From assembly GCA_963664305.2 (NCBI GenBank), contig CAXXLV010000001.1, forward strand, positions 544,001-608,000: 64,000 bases of DNA, written 5' to 3'. The notes under the pieces are model-generated. The model was not told the DNA's origin and searched no databases. It was given only the letters and a program-made list of their open reading frames with translations. A program made the translations under genes and the position numbers. This DNA comes from an uncultured Aliarcobacter sp. (GTDB lineage Bacteria; Campylobacterota; Campylobacteria; Campylobacterales; Arcobacteraceae). The first letter of the stretch is position 1; every line of letters starts with the position of its first letter. Positions 61,483 to 64,000 of this stretch are shown one piece after another.

Positions 61483-62286
61483 CTACCTTCTTCTTTTTAA
61501 AACAACTGATTCTTCAGGTTTTAATTTTTTAACTAAAGTATTTCCACCCTCTTCTTCATAAGAGATAGCAGTTTCTGGTTCAAATTGAGAAATATCCATT
61601 CCAAAAGGAACTTCATGTCCAAGTCTTGCAAATCTTGTAGTATCATATCTATCAATTGCAGCTGGGTCTCTTTGCTCAGGTCCAATGATATCACGGGCTT
61701 CTTTTCCAAAAATTTTATCAACTTCATACCAAGCAGCAACTTCATCACCTTGTAATGGATAAGTTTTTTTCAATGGATGGTCATACCAATCATCTGGCAT
61801 AATTAATCTTTTTAAGTTAGGATGATTATCAACTTTTACACCTAACATATCATACATTTCTCTTTCAGACCAATTTGCTGATTTGTAAAGTGAAGTAACT
61901 GATTCTATAGATTCATCTTTTTGTACAAAACATTTAACTCTTAATCTTTTATGTTTACTTAGAGATAACATTTCATAAAAAACTTCATAACCATCTTTTG
62001 AAGCTATATAATCAACTGCTGATAATTCCATCAACATTTCATATCTCAAATTTTCTTTTAAAAATGTCAATGCTTTTACATTTTCCTCTTTGTTTATAAT
62101 TAAAACTAAATGAGTATGCTCAATATAAGCATCTTTAATTTCTACTTCTTTTGAAATTTTTTCTAAATCTTTTGAAAAAATTTCATCTTCACTTATTTCA
62201 TATCTTGGAACATTTGGACTTACAAAAAATCTATCTGAAAAATAAGCTTGTCTTTGAACATTATCTTTTGGTGTATATTTTCTCAT
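61483..62286 (-). CDS. nuoC: Complex I subunit C
   Basis: [29 protein letters not shown]. Confidence 0.95.
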   Translation of the reverse strand: MRKYTPKDNVQRQAYFSDRFFVSPNVPRYEISEDEIFSKDLEKISKEVEIKDAYIEHTHLVLIINKEENVKALTFLKENLRYEMLMELSAVDYIASKDGYEVFYEMLSLSKHKRLRVKCFVQKDESIESVTSLYKSANWSEREMYDMLGVKVDNHPNLKRLIMPDDWYDHPLKKTYPLQGDEVAAWYEVDKIFGKEARDIIGPEQRDPAAIDRYDTTRFARLGHEVPFGMDISQFEPETAISYEEEGGNTLVKKLKPEESVVLKRRR

Positions 62287-62795
62287 TATACTAACCTCTT
62301 TTTCTTGTGTGCTCTAAAAATTGATTCTTTTCTGATTTTTTGTTGTAATGTCATTAATGCATACTGTAAAGTTTCAGGTCTTGGTGCGCAACCTGGTAAA
62401 TAGATATCAACTGGAATAATTCTATCTGCACCTTGAACAGTTGCATAAGTATTAAACATACCACCTGTATTTGCACATGACCCCATAGAAATCACCCATT
62501 TAGGATCAGGCATCTGGTCATATAATCTTCTCATAAACTCAGCATGTTTTTTTGTTAGAGTTCCTGCAATTATTAAAACGTCAGATTGTCTTGGACTTGC
62601 TCTAAAAATAGTTCCAAATCTATCAAAGTCATATCTTGAAGCTCCTGTTGCCATCATTTCGATAGCACAACATGCAAGTCCATAAGTCATAGGCCATAAA
62701 GAGTTTGAACGACCAAAATTAACTAACTTATCAATTGTAGTTAATTTAACTGCTGCTCCATTATCTTGTAAATAATTTATTTTATGCTGTGCCAT
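62286..62795 (-). CDS. nuoB: Complex I subunit B
   Basis: [33 protein letters not shown]. Confidence 0.97.
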   Translation of the reverse strand: MAQHKINYLQDNGAAVKLTTIDKLVNFGRSNSLWPMTYGLACCAIEMMATGASRYDFDRFGTIFRASPRQSDVLIIAGTLTKKHAEFMRRLYDQMPDPKWVISMGSCANTGGMFNTYATVQGADRIIPVDIYLPGCAPRPETLQYALMTLQQKIRKESIFRAHKKKRLV

Positions 62796-63166
62796 TCAAG
62801 CGCTCCTTTTTTCCAAGCATATACAAATCCAATTGCTAATAAAATGATAAATAAAATCATTTCAATAAAACCAAACCAACCAAGTATTTTAAAATTAACA
62901 GCCCATGGGAACATGAAAATTATTTCAACATCGAATAAAATAAATAAAAGCGCTGTTAAATAAAACTGTGCAGAAATTCTATTTGGTTGTTTTGTAACCT
63001 CTGGACCACACTCATAAAGTGTTGTTTTTAATTTCTCTGTATCTAGTCTTGCAATTTTTCTACTAATGTATCTTGAAAGCCATACTGTTGCACCAAATGC
63101 ACCAAATGTCACAATAAACATCACAAATGCACCAAAATAGGGATGGGCAAATTCCATATGTGTCAT
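62777..63166 (-). CDS. nuoA: Complex I subunit A
   Basis: [19 protein letters not shown]. Confidence 0.96.
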   Translation of the reverse strand: MTHMEFAHPYFGAFVMFIVTFGAFGATVWLSRYISRKIARLDTEKLKTTLYECGPEVTKQPNRISAQFYLTALLFILFDVEIIFMFPWAVNFKILGWFGFIEMILFIILLAIGFVYAWKKGALEWHSIK

Positions 63167-63479
63167 TTAATCTATCCTTTTAAAGCTAAAAAGTATTTTG
63201 TTTTTTTGTAAAAATTAATAATTTCACAAGAAAAATGGTCATAAAAATGTAATAGATAATATTTAAACCTAATAAAAAATTAGCTTTAAGCTTAATGTTT
63301 CTCTAAGTATTCAATATAAATTGGTACAAAAAGAAACACTAAATCTAAACTTAAATTTTATTAATAAAATATCTTTGTATTTTTTGTTTTCTTAGAATTT
63401 ATTTAAAAAATAAATGTAATTATATCTTTTAAAGATAAAATCAAAATAAAAAGAAGGAAGAGAAGGTTTGAAACAAATG

Positions 63480-64000
63480 TTAGAAGAATCCAACTTTTGT
63501 TTCACTGTCAAATTGACCTTTTTGTTCTTTAGTAATTTGCTCTTTAAAATCTTCTAGTTTGAAAATTGGTTCATCACTAATTGCAATTTTGTAAGCTGTA
63601 TTTTTAATTACTAATTCTATTTGTCCACCAGTTAACTCATATTTTGCAAGTTCTTCAATATCAAAATCTTTTTCTAAAGGAAGATTTGCAGGAATTAGTT
63701 TTTTCCAAAGCTCAATTCTTTGGCTTTTATTTGGTTTTACAAATTCAATTTTATAGTTAAATCTTCTTGAAAATGCTTTATCTAAGTTTTCAAGTAAGTT
63801 TGTTGTTGCGATTAAAATTCCATCAAATCTCTCTATTTGCTCTAAAAAAATATTTTGCATTTGATTGTGCATTTTATCACTACTACTCATTCCACCTTGC
63901 GCCCTTGAACTTAAAAATTGGTCTGCTTCATTTAAAAGTAAAACTGGTTCAGATTTTGTTTGAGCTCTTAGTTCATAATATTTATCAAAAATATTTCTTA
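63480..64000 (-). CDS. AAA+ ATPase, 3' part (starts beyond window end)
   Basis: Frame stays open to the window edge: PVLLLNEADQFLSSR...ILIATTN...LDKAFSRRF...LTGGQI. Confidence 0.88.
   Translation of the reverse strand, partial: RNIFDKYYELRAQTKSEPVLLLNEADQFLSSRAQGGMSSSDKMHNQMQNIFLEQIERFDGILIATTNLLENLDKAFSRRFNYKIEFVKPNKSQRIELWKKLIPANLPLEKDFDIEELAKYELTGGQIELVIKNTAYKIAISDEPIFKLEDFKEQITKEQKGQFDSETKVGFF

Overview
A very AT-rich Campylobacterota chromosomal segment. Gene content, flagellin type and the NIAHQWRQPL-type kinase suggest Arcobacter/Aliarcobacter (inference). Left to right: 5' part of hrcA with a promoter carrying CIRCE- and HAIR-like operators; a TAXI TRAP transporter; a PAS kinase/response regulator pair; housekeeping genes (truA, lptF/G-like, prepilin peptidase, uppS, coaBC, glmU, ankyrin protein, Suv3-like helicase, trmA); two tandem flagellins; an ~18 kb flagellin-glycosylation island; recA-eno-ftsB-like-AMIN; antiporter, bioB, topA, murB, mqnD, a lytic-transglycosylase-like gene; a 14-gene Campylobacterota-type complex I operon without canonical nuoE/F; and a partial AAA ATPase. 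Two candidates stand out as possibly undescribed biology. (1) An 11-gene module between the legionaminic-acid genes and maf: two paralogous twitch-type radical SAM enzymes, a split truncated transketolase, an SDR, GmhA/GmhB, an HldE-like protein with reversed domain order, an HddC-like nucleotidyltransferase, a CgeB-like glycosyltransferase and a small unknown protein. It suggests an uncharacterised higher-carbon or modified sugar pathway for flagellin. (2) A ~130-nt four-hairpin 5' leader in front of both flagellins, whose between-copy substitutions preserve pairing, inside a tandem duplication whose ends (trmA tail, maf tail) are still readable. No rRNA, tRNA, CRISPR or IS element was recognised. 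All calls are from motif recognition by eye; no searches were run.
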